Assembly (NCBI GenBank): GCA_965230295.1
Contig: OZ246001.1
Location: 672,001-736,000 of the forward strand
DNA: 64,000 bases
Direction: 5' to 3'
DNA from: Marinicella sp.
GTDB lineage: Bacteria; Pseudomonadota; Gammaproteobacteria; Xanthomonadales; Marinicellaceae
In this document: positions 39,834-49,726 of the stretch, in pieces
How positions within the stretch are numbered: position 1 is the stretch's first letter
Layout: each line of letters begins with the position of its first letter
The notes under the pieces: model-generated
What the model saw: only the letters and a program-made list of their open reading frames with translations
Told to the model about the DNA's origin: nothing
Databases searched by the model: none
Translations under genes and position numbers: made by a program

Positions 39834-41324
39834 TTACCAAACAAACCTGGACTGACTGACCTGGTCTGACAAGTTCCTCATCAATTGATGAACTTTGTCT
39901 TCATCTAAATAATGAATGTTGATTTCTTGGGTGACCGGATTCGAGCCCGCTGTATCAACAGATAATCTGGCCATGTCATTGCGCCGATCAAATGGAGTCT
40001 GTAAGTAAGAAATGTTTTGAATTTTTCCCACTTTAACAAGCCCCATGGAATGAAAAAACACCCCATGTCTGAAAGCAATGATTTGATCGTTATAAGCATA
40101 TCCGGCATGGCGTACATAGGCTTTTGCATACACAAATGCCAGAGGTAATAGCATCAATGGCAGTAAGCCCCAGGCATGGTAAAAGTACAGTAAAGGAGCC
40201 ATGGCTATCAGGATAAAGAATGTCAGCCTCTTAAAGACCCGCTTCCACGCCCTGGGCTCTAGACTTAACCATTTGATTTTCCCCCAGTCCACTTCAGGTT
40301 GGATGGCGGCGATTAATTTTTGTCCTTCCGGCTTAGGGATCAGCGGTGCAATCCAACTCATGGTGATACCGCTCTGTTCAGTCACCCCGCCAGCAGTTTC
40401 CATTTTGATGCTGACGCGTTTGAAGTAGCGGTGTAAAGGGGTGTGTTTGATTTTCAATAACTGTATCCGTTTGATGGGTATGTTGGCGTTTATTTTCGTC
40501 AGCAAACCCATTTCAGCATGTAAATTTTTATCCACTTTTGATAACTTGAACTGATACAGTTTTAAAAAAGCCAGGGCAATTGAAGACAACCATATGGTAA
40601 TCATCATCACGCCAGCTACAGCCAAACCATAAATGATCCACTCTGACAGTGCCCACTGTTCAACATGTAAATCACCCACGAATTTCTGAACCACCGTGAT
40701 GAACTTACTTCGGTAATAATCATTTTGTGACAGAATTGAACCCACAATGCCAATTGGCACCAATGCCTTGTGAGATATGAAACCATATTTGCTCACTTCT
40801 CGATGACTCATTTGAAACAGTGGCACTGCGCTTTCAGGCTGTTCTTCTACCGATTGTTCCTGTTCTAGATCCTCTGTATCAACCGCATGTTTTGATCGTT
40901 CTTTGATGACCCCTTGAATGTATTTAACTTGTTCGTCAGAAATGACTCTGATGACCGCTTCAGGCTTCACGCCTGATGCAGATTCAACTTGTAAAGTGGC
41001 CACCTTAAAGAATTTATGCAACAGATTCCTTTCAACATTGAGGTTTTGAATTCTCTCATAGGGCACTTGTCGCAAAGACTTGAACAAAATACCTTCTTTG
41101 ACCACCAAACGGTCCTCTTCTAACCAATAATGATAAAACCAAAACTGAATGATGGTCATCACCGAAGCCAATGCTGCTATGCCAATAATGATCATGTCTT
41201 GGCGGTCACCACTGGTACCTACAATACCAATCAGTAAAGGAAGCACCATCTTCTTGATGGCTTCAATAAACAAAAACAGAGGTGAAATGCTGTGGAGCCG
41301 ATAACCGGAAGTTTTTAATTCCAT
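39834..41324 (-). CDS. YdbT-like membrane protein with bacterial PH domains
   Basis: Repeated TM pairs plus G.L....P..RIQ motifs. Confidence 0.85.
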   Translation of the reverse strand: MELKTSGYRLHSISPLFLFIEAIKKMVLPLLIGIVGTSGDRQDMIIIGIAALASVMTIIQFWFYHYWLEEDRLVVKEGILFKSLRQVPYERIQNLNVERNLLHKFFKVATLQVESASGVKPEAVIRVISDEQVKYIQGVIKERSKHAVDTEDLEQEQSVEEQPESAVPLFQMSHREVSKYGFISHKALVPIGIVGSILSQNDYYRSKFITVVQKFVGDLHVEQWALSEWIIYGLAVAGVMMITIWLSSIALAFLKLYQFKLSKVDKNLHAEMGLLTKINANIPIKRIQLLKIKHTPLHRYFKRVSIKMETAGGVTEQSGITMSWIAPLIPKPEGQKLIAAIQPEVDWGKIKWLSLEPRAWKRVFKRLTFFILIAMAPLLYFYHAWGLLPLMLLPLAFVYAKAYVRHAGYAYNDQIIAFRHGVFFHSMGLVKVGKIQNISYLQTPFDRRNDMARLSVDTAGSNPVTQEINIHYLDEDKVHQLMRNLSDQVSQSRFVW

Positions 41325-41328
41325 GCCA

Positions 41329-41814
41329 TTAAACCGTATCTTCTTTGTGGTTGGTGTTGATCAACTCATGCCTCAACGCTACGGCGTCATCATGTAACAA
41401 GCCAGGCAAAGTGACTGAAGCATTGCGGGTACCTGCAGTGTGGACCACCAGTTTACTTAAATCATAACGGCGTTCAATCGGCCCAGTGGTGATGTCAATG
41501 TGCTGTACCCTATTGCGTGGAATCATTGACTGCTGTTGCCAAAAGACACCTTTCTTGATGCTTAAGCCTGCTTCACTGAGTTGGTATTGATACGCTTTGA
41601 ACCAATGAATTGAATACCAATAAAACAAAGAGAACAACAGAGAAAATATGCCTACATAAGTCGCAGCAATAAAATACCACCTGAAATCAAAAGCAACAGA
41701 TAATAAGATGGTGGGACCTATTGCAATAAGAAAAAAAGTCAATGAAGAAACGATTCGGAACACCTTGAGATACACCGGTTCCAGGTTCTTGAAGTCAAAA
41801 GTTAACATGATCAA
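41329..41814 (-). CDS. YdbS-like PH-domain membrane protein
   Basis: Two TMs; PRNRVQHID...GPIER...L...HTAG. Confidence 0.87.
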   Translation of the reverse strand: MIMLTFDFKNLEPVYLKVFRIVSSLTFFLIAIGPTILLSVAFDFRWYFIAATYVGIFSLLFSLFYWYSIHWFKAYQYQLSEAGLSIKKGVFWQQQSMIPRNRVQHIDITTGPIERRYDLSKLVVHTAGTRNASVTLPGLLHDDAVALRHELINTNHKEDTV

Positions 41815-41835
41815 TTCCTTATCAATAATTGGTGA

Positions 41836-41856
41836 AGGCGGGTCAAAAACCCGCCT
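41836..41856. terminator. Hairpin between the SPFH and ydbS-like genes
   Basis: AGGCGGGT-CAAAA-ACCCGCCT 8-bp stem, poor U-tract. Confidence 0.4.
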
Positions 41857-41869
41857 AATCTTGCTTTCC

Positions 41870-42760
41870 TTATTTAGGGTCTGATAAATGCATCAGCGGC
41901 AAAGGTTGCGCTGAGTCACTGTCAATGAAATAGATTTTTGATGCTGGATCTTTGGATATACTTTTCAATGCTTCCAAAGCCTGTAATTTCACATAATTGG
42001 GGTTGTTACCAATGGCTGTGTTGATTTTTTCAATTTCATAAGCTTGGGCATCTGCCAGCAAGCGTCGTTTTTCCGCTTCTTCTTCAGCGGCTTGCTTCTG
42101 CGCTTCGGCTTGTGCAATCAATTGTTGCTGCTCTGTTTTATATCGCTCTAACTCAGCTTTTTGTTTCTCAACTTCTTGCTCTCGCTCTTTCTTCGCTTCA
42201 ATCGCTTTGGTGATGAATGGTGGCAATGAAATGTCTCTGATCAGTACCGCAGACACGTTGATGCCTTTCGGGGCCAAATATTCTTGCATACCAGCTGTTA
42301 AGTCAATTTGTAAACGCTCTTGGGTTTCTTCTAAAAAGAAATCCTCAGCCCGACGGATTGATTTGCCTTGTTCCCTCAACAAAGAACGTAATTTAGGTAC
42401 CAGTTGAACGGTGATCATGCTGTCGATATTACCCGTGTCTTTTAATATATTATTGGCCATATCGCCATTCAATCGGTATTGAACCGACACATCAATTTTG
42501 GTTTGTAACTGATCTTGCGATGGCACTTGAGCTTGCTCAAAGTGGGTTTTTTCACGCACATCAAACTCATGAAATTTAAGCAATGGATTAACTGGAATGT
42601 TCAAACCTTCTTTATAGGTCTCTGTTTGTACTTCACCAAACAATGTCGCCACAGCCACATGCCCTGCAGGCACACTGACCCAAAATCTCGACCCAATTAA
42701 AAACAAAATAAGGATGACTACCAAGGGAATAAACTTGGCAATAGATACTTGATTACTCAT
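41870..42760 (-). CDS. SPFH/prohibitin family protein
   Basis: N-terminal TM, VPAGHVAV..FG, S.D...IDVSVQY, coiled coil AEAQK..AE. Confidence 0.9.
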   Translation of the reverse strand: MSNQVSIAKFIPLVVILILFLIGSRFWVSVPAGHVAVATLFGEVQTETYKEGLNIPVNPLLKFHEFDVREKTHFEQAQVPSQDQLQTKIDVSVQYRLNGDMANNILKDTGNIDSMITVQLVPKLRSLLREQGKSIRRAEDFFLEETQERLQIDLTAGMQEYLAPKGINVSAVLIRDISLPPFITKAIEAKKEREQEVEKQKAELERYKTEQQQLIAQAEAQKQAAEEEAEKRRLLADAQAYEIEKINTAIGNNPNYVKLQALEALKSISKDPASKIYFIDSDSAQPLPLMHLSDPK

Positions 42761-42935
42761 ACGCTGCTCTCTCAAAACAAAGCAATGATTGTACCAATTT
42801 TCCTCATAAAAGTCGCATGCAGGAAGTCATACCAGAATACAGTCGGGATTAATTTTTGAGAACCTGCAATCGGTGCAGTTTGATTCCTTTGGCTTGAACC
42901 ACAACAAACCAGGAAGAAATGAATTTATTCGGGCC

Positions 42936-42967
42936 AAAAAAAAGCCGAATCAACAGATTCGGCTTTT
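42936..42967 (-). terminator. Intrinsic terminator after the M16 peptidase
   Basis: GCCGAATC-TGTT-GATTCGGC followed by T8 on the minus strand. Confidence 0.85.
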
Positions 42968-42983
42968 CAAAAACATGGCTGAT

Positions 42984-45728
42984 TTATTCAGCTGTCATTT
43001 TCTTCGCATCACCGGCTTTGATGATGGAGAAACTGTCAGGCTTGATGTATTTATTGAAAGCCATATTGACTTGTAAAATGGTTAAACCTTCAATGGCTGA
43101 TTCATATTTTTTGTTCCACTGTTGGGTGCGATCCAAATCAATGAAGCTGGCCATTTCTCTTGCCAATCTGTCATCTTTGGCACGATCAATGCGGTTGTTT
43201 TGCAACACACCTTTTCTGGCATCGTCTAACTCTTGTTGTGTAAAACCTTCATCAATCACTTTTTGTAATTCTTCATTGAAACCAATTTCAACTTTTTCAA
43301 GGTTTTCTGGAGCACAAATGGCATACGCACCAAAAGTGGCCAATTCATCATACGATGAAGCACTGAAGAATGAACCGGCGCCATAGCTCAGACCATCTTG
43401 TTGACGCAAGCGATTGGCCAAACGACTGCTGATGAAACCACCACCAAACATTTGGTTGGCCATCATCAAGGCTGGATAATCAGGATGTTCATCACTGATC
43501 GGCAATTTCATCATGGCACCAAAAGCAGCACCTGATTTATCAGGCGTATCAACAAACTTATTGATGCTGTCCACCACTGCGTAACTGGCAGGAACCCGTT
43601 GGTATTCAACTGAACTGCTCCAACCATTCAGAATGTCTTTGACTTTTTCGCTGACATTGTCTACATCAAAGTCACCAACAACACTGACATCGGCATTTTG
43701 CCCCCCATAAAATTTCTTATGGAAAGATTTGACTTGATCGGCTGTGGTGGCTCTGATGGCCTCAATCTCGTCATCGATATCCATTTGGTACCTTGGATGA
43801 CCTGGCTCATATGGATCGAGGTGTTGGCCTAACTGACGAAACACTTGCGTGGTCGGTTGTTGTTTTTGTTGTTCCAAGCCAACAATCAACTCTTGCTTCA
43901 ACACATCCAGTTCCTCATTATCAAATGCTGGTCGTTTAAGCACTTCATCCAACAGTTCAATCACAGCCGGTAAGTTTTCATGGGTGGTGCGAACACTGAC
44001 ATTGGCGCCTCGAGACGAGCCTGAAACACTGACATTGGCTTTCAATTCATCAAACTTGGCCTTCAATTCATTTCTGGAGTACTTTTCAGTTCCGCGATCT
44101 AACATGTTGCCAGCCAAACGTCCCACAATGGATTGGTTGTACAAAGCTTGTTCGTTGCCTAAATCCAATCTGACATTCATCACCACTGAATCGCCGCGGG
44201 TTTCTTTCTTCAAGTGCACCAACTTGGCTTCATTATCAAATGCCACCAACTCAGTACGTGAATCAATGTTGTCAAATGATGGATCAAAATCCTCACCTTG
44301 CGCGACCATTTCGCGACCTTCGTAACCTTCAACCATGGCTTTGACTTCGGCAATTGAGTACCTTTCTATTGAATCGGCACGATCGAAGTCACTTTCTGGA
44401 ATAAACAAACCCAAAGTCCGGTTGTCATTAACCAGGTATTCTTCTGCAGCTGTTTGTACCATTGCTGTGGTGACAGCTTCGGTGCGATCTCGATTTAAAA
44501 ACATCAGGCGCCAATCACCCATGCCAACCCATTCGCTCAATGCCAGTGCAATCCGTTCAGAAGAATTGAAAGACAATTCAAATTGCTTGATCAAATTGGC
44601 TTTGGCTTGTTTGACTTCTTCGTCGGTTATGGGACTGTCTGTTACATTTTCCAAAGTGGCCAACATGGCATCTTTGGCTGCATTCAAATCTTTGTCTTTG
44701 GCCACTTGCATCATGAAGTTGCTGACACCTGGTTCAGCCCACTGGAAGTTAAAGCCGAACGAATTGGCTGCCAATTCTTTTTTAACCACATTTTCATGTA
44801 AACGACCTGATGTTGGATGTGCCATGATTTGCGACAACACATTCAAAGCGGGGAAGTTTTCATCAGAGCCCGCCGGTGCTTTGTACATCACACCAACCAC
44901 TTGCACATCACCAGCTCGTCTGACGGTGACCATGCGTTCACCATCTTGAATGGGTTCTTCGGTATACAACTCACGCAATTTCCGAGTTGGTTTTTCGATT
45001 TTGCCAAAATGTTTCTTGATGAGTTTCAAGGTTTTGTCTACATCAATTTTTCCAGCCACGATCAATGTGGCGTTGTCTGGCTGATAGTACTTCCTGTAGA
45101 AAGCCTGTAAGTTAGAAATGTCGACATTTTCCAGGTCCGATCGTGCACCTATGGTGCTTTTACCATAATTATGCCAATCGATAGCCACTGAGCCCATTCT
45201 TTGTAGTAACACGCGGATGGGGTTGTTGTCGCCGTTTTCTAATTCGTTCCTGACCACCGTCATTTCTGAATCCAAATCTTCTTTGGCGATGAAAGAATTG
45301 ATCATCCGATCAGCTTCCAAATCCAATGCCCATTCAAGGTTGTCATCTGATGCAGCAAACGTTTCAAAATAGTTGGTCCGATCTGTCCATGTGGTGCCAT
45401 TGGGCTCAGCACCTCGATCAGTCAGTTCTTTGGCAATGTTAGGGTGGTTTGGCGTACCTTTAAACACCAGATGTTCTAACAAGTGCGCCATACCTGTTTC
45501 ACCATAGTTTTCATGCTTGGATCCCACATGATAGGTGATATTAACAGTTTGGGTTTCTTGTGACTGGTCTGGAAACAGCAAAACCTGTAGACCATTGTCT
45601 AATCGGTATTCAGTAATGCCTTCTACAGACGTTACTTGTTCAATCCCTTTGGGTAATTTAGCCATGGCAGAATTCATGACAAATACAGTCAGCAGCAACA
45701 GCCACTTTATAGCAGATTTAACTGGCAT
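42984..45728 (-). CDS. Secreted M16 (pitrilysin/PqqL-like) zinc peptidase
   Basis: Signal peptide; HLLEH inverted zincin motif; R...GLSYG in the C-terminal half. Confidence 0.93.
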   Translation of the reverse strand: MPVKSAIKWLLLLTVFVMNSAMAKLPKGIEQVTSVEGITEYRLDNGLQVLLFPDQSQETQTVNITYHVGSKHENYGETGMAHLLEHLVFKGTPNHPNIAKELTDRGAEPNGTTWTDRTNYFETFAASDDNLEWALDLEADRMINSFIAKEDLDSEMTVVRNELENGDNNPIRVLLQRMGSVAIDWHNYGKSTIGARSDLENVDISNLQAFYRKYYQPDNATLIVAGKIDVDKTLKLIKKHFGKIEKPTRKLRELYTEEPIQDGERMVTVRRAGDVQVVGVMYKAPAGSDENFPALNVLSQIMAHPTSGRLHENVVKKELAANSFGFNFQWAEPGVSNFMMQVAKDKDLNAAKDAMLATLENVTDSPITDEEVKQAKANLIKQFELSFNSSERIALALSEWVGMGDWRLMFLNRDRTEAVTTAMVQTAAEEYLVNDNRTLGLFIPESDFDRADSIERYSIAEVKAMVEGYEGREMVAQGEDFDPSFDNIDSRTELVAFDNEAKLVHLKKETRGDSVVMNVRLDLGNEQALYNQSIVGRLAGNMLDRGTEKYSRNELKAKFDELKANVSVSGSSRGANVSVRTTHENLPAVIELLDEVLKRPAFDNEELDVLKQELIVGLEQQKQQPTTQVFRQLGQHLDPYEPGHPRYQMDIDDEIEAIRATTADQVKSFHKKFYGGQNADVSVVGDFDVDNVSEKVKDILNGWSSSVEYQRVPASYAVVDSINKFVDTPDKSGAAFGAMMKLPISDEHPDYPALMMANQMFGGGFISSRLANRLRQQDGLSYGAGSFFSASSYDELATFGAYAICAPENLEKVEIGFNEELQKVIDEGFTQQELDDARKGVLQNNRIDRAKDDRLAREMASFIDLDRTQQWNKKYESAIEGLTILQVNMAFNKYIKPDSFSIIKAGDAKKMTAE

Positions 45729-45955
45729 AATATTCCTCTTAAATGATTAAGTGATTTATCAAAGACACAGGAAAATGAAATAAATTCAACCCCATGACCT
45801 AATTGTGCGTCATACTTTAGCCGAAGAAGTGAATAAAAACACCTTACTAAAGTCACAAATCCTACAAATTGTAGAACATTTAAGGTGTGATTGTAGTGAA
45901 CCACCAACTACCAGATGTGTTATTCTGATACTCTAATCAAACCAATGGTAAAGAC

Positions 45956-46426
45956 ATGAAATTTTCTATTTGTTTACTCATCAGTGTGCTGTGTTTCAGT
46001 ACTGCCCAAACGGAAGAAGCCGAAAACTCAAATCCACCCAATTACAATCAAGCCCTGGCTGAACAATTAGGTGCAGATGATTATGGGATGAAAATGTATG
46101 TCATGGCTTTCTTGAAAAAAGGACCCAATAGAGACCAATCACCTGAAGAAGCCTCAGAAATTCAAAAAGCTCACATGGCCAACATTGCAAAGATGGCACA
46201 AGCTGGCAAACTGGTGCTGGCAGGCCCGTTTGCAGAAAATGATTCAGGCATCCGGGGCATTTATATATTTGATGTGAAAACTGTGGCAGAAGCAGAACGG
46301 TTAACCGCTACTGACCCTGCCATACAGGCTGGTCGTTTGGTGATGGAATTGATCCCATGGTATGGGTCTGCTGCATTGGTGCAAGTCAATGAAATTGGCG
46401 CCACTTTGGCCAAGAAAAGTTTCTGA
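45956..46426 (+). CDS. Exported YciI-like protein
   Basis: Signal peptide; GADDYGMK.Y, AHM.NI..., AGPF, TDPA. Confidence 0.8.
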   Translation: MKFSICLLISVLCFSTAQTEEAENSNPPNYNQALAEQLGADDYGMKMYVMAFLKKGPNRDQSPEEASEIQKAHMANIAKMAQAGKLVLAGPFAENDSGIRGIYIFDVKTVAEAERLTATDPAIQAGRLVMELIPWYGSAALVQVNEIGATLAKKSF

Positions 46427-46429
46427 AAT

Positions 46430-47704
46430 TTAATTGGGAAGGTACAACACTTCACCCACCATCAATCGGTTGGAAGACTTGTTGTTGATCGATTTAATGG
46501 CGGCTAAGCTGGTACCATGACGACTGGCGATGTCACTGAGGGTGTCGCCTGATTGGACAATGTGTTTTTTACCTTTGGCTTGGGCTGCAATCCAAGTGTT
46601 GGGTGGAGGACTCTGGTAAAAGTAATTCCGGATACCGTCAGCGATCTGGCGAGTCAGTTTCTCAACGTGCTTGGGATCTTTGAGTTTTTTCTCATCCCCG
46701 GGGTTACTGATGTATCCAGTTTCAACCAACAACGAAGGCACATCCGGTGATTTCAGTACCAGGAAATTGGCTTGTCCGAATCCATTGCCGTGTAATTTAA
46801 CCACGCTTTTCATCGAAGCATGTACCGACTTGGCGGCTTTATGACTTTCTTCTAATGCGGCATTCTGAGACAAGTCATATAAAACCTTAGACAACATATC
46901 TTGTTTGTCTTCAATCACCACACCGCCAATTTGGTCAGACTTGTTTTCTTTTTCTGCCAACCATTTGGCTGCTTCCGATGAAGCACCTCGCTGTGACAGG
47001 ATATAAACACTGGCTCCATTAACTTTGCGACTGTGAAAAGCATCGGCATGGATCGAAACAAATAAATCAGCATTGTTTTCACGGGCTTTTTCAAACCGTT
47101 TGCGGTGTTTGATGTAATAATCACCGGTGCGAATGATCAAGGCCTTCATACCTTTTTGGGCATTGATTTTTTTCGCCAGCTCTTTGGCAATTTTCAACAC
47201 CACATCTTTTTCATAAGTTCCCGCAGCACCAATGGCACCAGGATCTTCACCACCATGACCCGCATCAATGGCCACAATCACGTCACGGTTGGGCTTGGTG
47301 ACTTCATCTACAGTTTTGATCTGGGGTTTGACATCGCGACTCAAATCCACCACCAATCGATGACCATATTCACCAGCTGGATTGAGCAGAAAGCTTTTTG
47401 ACTTGAGTTGATCATGCAAGTCCAGCACGATACGCACCCTTTTCTTTTCGGAACTGAATCGGACCTTTTTGATGTCTTTGTTGTTTTTAATGGCCAGACT
47501 GGAAGTCAGCACGGAGTCATCCAAATCGATGACCACACGAGGCGGGTTTTGCAGCTCAAATAATTTGTAATCTGCATGACCACTTAAATCAAACACTGCC
47601 CGGGTGTGTTCAGGACCTGTCCACACACGCATGCCTTCTATGTTGGTGGCTTTCAGGTGGCCACAAAACAGCAAAGTGAATAGCAAAAAGCCTGATTTTC
47701 TCAT
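46430..47704 (-). CDS. amiB: N-acetylmuramoyl-L-alanine amidase (AMIN + Amidase_3 + LysM)
   Basis: IDAGHGGEDPGA, SIHADA, LVETGYISN, C-terminal LysM; follows tsaE. Confidence 0.9.
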   Translation of the reverse strand: MRKSGFLLFTLLFCGHLKATNIEGMRVWTGPEHTRAVFDLSGHADYKLFELQNPPRVVIDLDDSVLTSSLAIKNNKDIKKVRFSSEKKRVRIVLDLHDQLKSKSFLLNPAGEYGHRLVVDLSRDVKPQIKTVDEVTKPNRDVIVAIDAGHGGEDPGAIGAAGTYEKDVVLKIAKELAKKINAQKGMKALIIRTGDYYIKHRKRFEKARENNADLFVSIHADAFHSRKVNGASVYILSQRGASSEAAKWLAEKENKSDQIGGVVIEDKQDMLSKVLYDLSQNAALEESHKAAKSVHASMKSVVKLHGNGFGQANFLVLKSPDVPSLLVETGYISNPGDEKKLKDPKHVEKLTRQIADGIRNYFYQSPPPNTWIAAQAKGKKHIVQSGDTLSDIASRHGTSLAAIKSINNKSSNRLMVGEVLYLPN

Positions 47705-47790
47705 AGTCATAAACATCGTATTTGTGCTGATTTTATTTAAACGCAGCCGCCTATTCAAGTATTTTTACATAAAATCAACAAGATAGGGTG

Positions 47791-48213
47791 CTATTTTGAT
47801 GTTATTGTTAAGGTTCTATTAAGGTTTTGCAAAGAAAACAACAAATTCCAATTGGCCTCGGGCAGAATGCCTTGCCCTTTGGCAGGCCATTCAACCAGCA
47901 GGATGTTTTCATCATTGATCAAATCTTCAATGCCCATAAAAAACAACTCTTCCGGATCTGTGAGGCGATATAAATCCATATGCACATAATGACGTCCAGC
48001 GTGTTGATAAGTTTCATACAAAGTATATGTTGGACTTTTCACAGTATCAGTCACACCACAAGCCGCCAGAAAAAATTGACTGAAGGTGGTCTTACCGGCC
48101 CCCAAATCTCCTATCAGATGAATCACATCACCTGGTTTGACTTCGTGACTTAATGCAACAGCCACTTGTTGCAACTCTTCCAGCGTATTGACACTGTTCA
48201 GCTCTTGTATCAT
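47791..48213 (-). CDS. tsaE: t6A biosynthesis ATPase TsaE
   Basis: GDLGAGKTT, VKSPTY, HMDLYRL, VEWP. Confidence 0.97.
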   Translation of the reverse strand: MIQELNSVNTLEELQQVAVALSHEVKPGDVIHLIGDLGAGKTTFSQFFLAACGVTDTVKSPTYTLYETYQHAGRHYVHMDLYRLTDPEELFFMGIEDLINDENILLVEWPAKGQGILPEANWNLLFSLQNLNRTLTITSK

Positions 48214-49670
48214 GCCACCACCAGATGTAATTCTGCGAGTAAATCAGATGCGGTCAAGGTCATCCCATGTGGCGATTGTTCACCCGCTACGGCATGCCAG
48301 AGAACCGCCAGCCATGCTGCCTTCTCAGCTGAAAACCCTTGTACCATCAAACCTGCCACCAAACCTGCCAACACATCTCCTGATCCCGCTGTGGCCAAGT
48401 TGGCATTGCCATATGGACAACACCACGTTTCCACACCGTTACTGATTAAGGTGCCAGAGCCCTTCAACACCGCCACACAACCAAATTTATTGGCCAATGA
48501 TTTCACTGCAGCCCATCGATCATCTTGAATTTCTGCTGTCGATGATTGCAGCATGATAGCAGCTTCTTTGGGGTGTGGCGTGATCACAGCCAAATGCTCC
48601 GGCACGGCGGCGGCTCGTGCCAGCAAGGACAAGCCATCGGCATCCACCACCAAAGGTACCTGGGCCTTTATCGCCGCTTTGAACAACTGTTTAGACCATT
48701 GTGATTGGCCCAAACCCATGCCTAACAACATCACTTGACAGGGCTTGATACCAGGCAGTTCACTCAACCCATCCCAACAGACCGTACCGTCAAAGGCATG
48801 GGTCATCAATTCAGGTGCATGTAAAGGCAACAAATCCGCATGCTTGGGATCGGTCACAATGGTGGTAGAACCAGCACCAGCTTTCAACACAGCCTTTCCA
48901 GCCAACAACACAGCTCCCAGCATACCGGCTTGACCACCAATGGTTAACACATGACCAAACAGGCCTTTGTGGCTGTTGTTCCTGCGCATGTTTGGGATCT
49001 GCATTAAGGCATCGTCAGACAGCAACTGTGCAGTCGCTGGCACAGACGATAAATGTTCAGGTTCAACACCTAAATCTTCGAATGCAATGTCTCCGCAACA
49101 GTCCTTGCCATCCATAGTAAACAAACCAGTGTTTCGTGCCAATATTGCAATGGTTTGAGTGGCTTTGACAGCCGCACCTTCAATTTTCCCAGTGGTACCA
49201 TTCAGACCACTGGGAATGTCTATGGCACACACGGGAACATCTTGCTGGTTGATCCAATCAATCGCTTCGACATAATGCCCCCTGACTGACTGACTTAAGC
49301 CAGTGCCAAAAATGGCATCAACCACACCATCAAATCCTTCGGTGGTAATGGTGTTGAAATCAGGTTTAACCACCACTTCACCTTTGAACTGATCGGCAGC
49401 CAAACGCGCATCTCCAGACAGTTCATCCACAGGCCTCAAAGCCAATACTTTGACCCGCTGACCATTTTGTCTGGCCAGTTCAGCCACCACAAAACCATCA
49501 CCGCCGTTGTTGCCAGGCCCTGTAATGATCAACAGGTTTTTGATCTTTTGCAGGTGTTTAAATATGGCAGCGCCAGCCTGTTGCATCAAGGCAAAAGAAT
49601 CAACCCCCAATGCCGTTGCGGCCAATTGGTCAATTTCCTGGGTTTTGTCATTGCTGTATAGTTGTGCCAT
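48210..49670 (-). CDS. nnr: Bifunctional NAD(P)HX epimerase/dehydratase
   Basis: GPGNNGGDG, DIPSG, HKG.FG, TPHPKE, AGSGDVL. Confidence 0.95.
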   Translation of the reverse strand: MAQLYSNDKTQEIDQLAATALGVDSFALMQQAGAAIFKHLQKIKNLLIITGPGNNGGDGFVVAELARQNGQRVKVLALRPVDELSGDARLAADQFKGEVVVKPDFNTITTEGFDGVVDAIFGTGLSQSVRGHYVEAIDWINQQDVPVCAIDIPSGLNGTTGKIEGAAVKATQTIAILARNTGLFTMDGKDCCGDIAFEDLGVEPEHLSSVPATAQLLSDDALMQIPNMRRNNSHKGLFGHVLTIGGQAGMLGAVLLAGKAVLKAGAGSTTIVTDPKHADLLPLHAPELMTHAFDGTVCWDGLSELPGIKPCQVMLLGMGLGQSQWSKQLFKAAIKAQVPLVVDADGLSLLARAAAVPEHLAVITPHPKEAAIMLQSSTAEIQDDRWAAVKSLANKFGCVAVLKGSGTLISNGVETWCCPYGNANLATAGSGDVLAGLVAGLMVQGFSAEKAAWLAVLWHAVAGEQSPHGMTLTASDLLAELHLVVA

Positions 49671-49726
49671 CTAATTGCTGTCCCATAGTGGTTTATAATT
49701 GGCTGCTTGTTACCCATATTTTAGCA

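Noticed and set aside
42916-42933. AATGAATTTATTCG as a GTAG-type REP remnant
   Set aside because: Too short and degenerate; no GTAG head.
43849-44949. 158- and 204-aa + strand ORFs
   Set aside because: Antisense shadows of the M16 peptidase.
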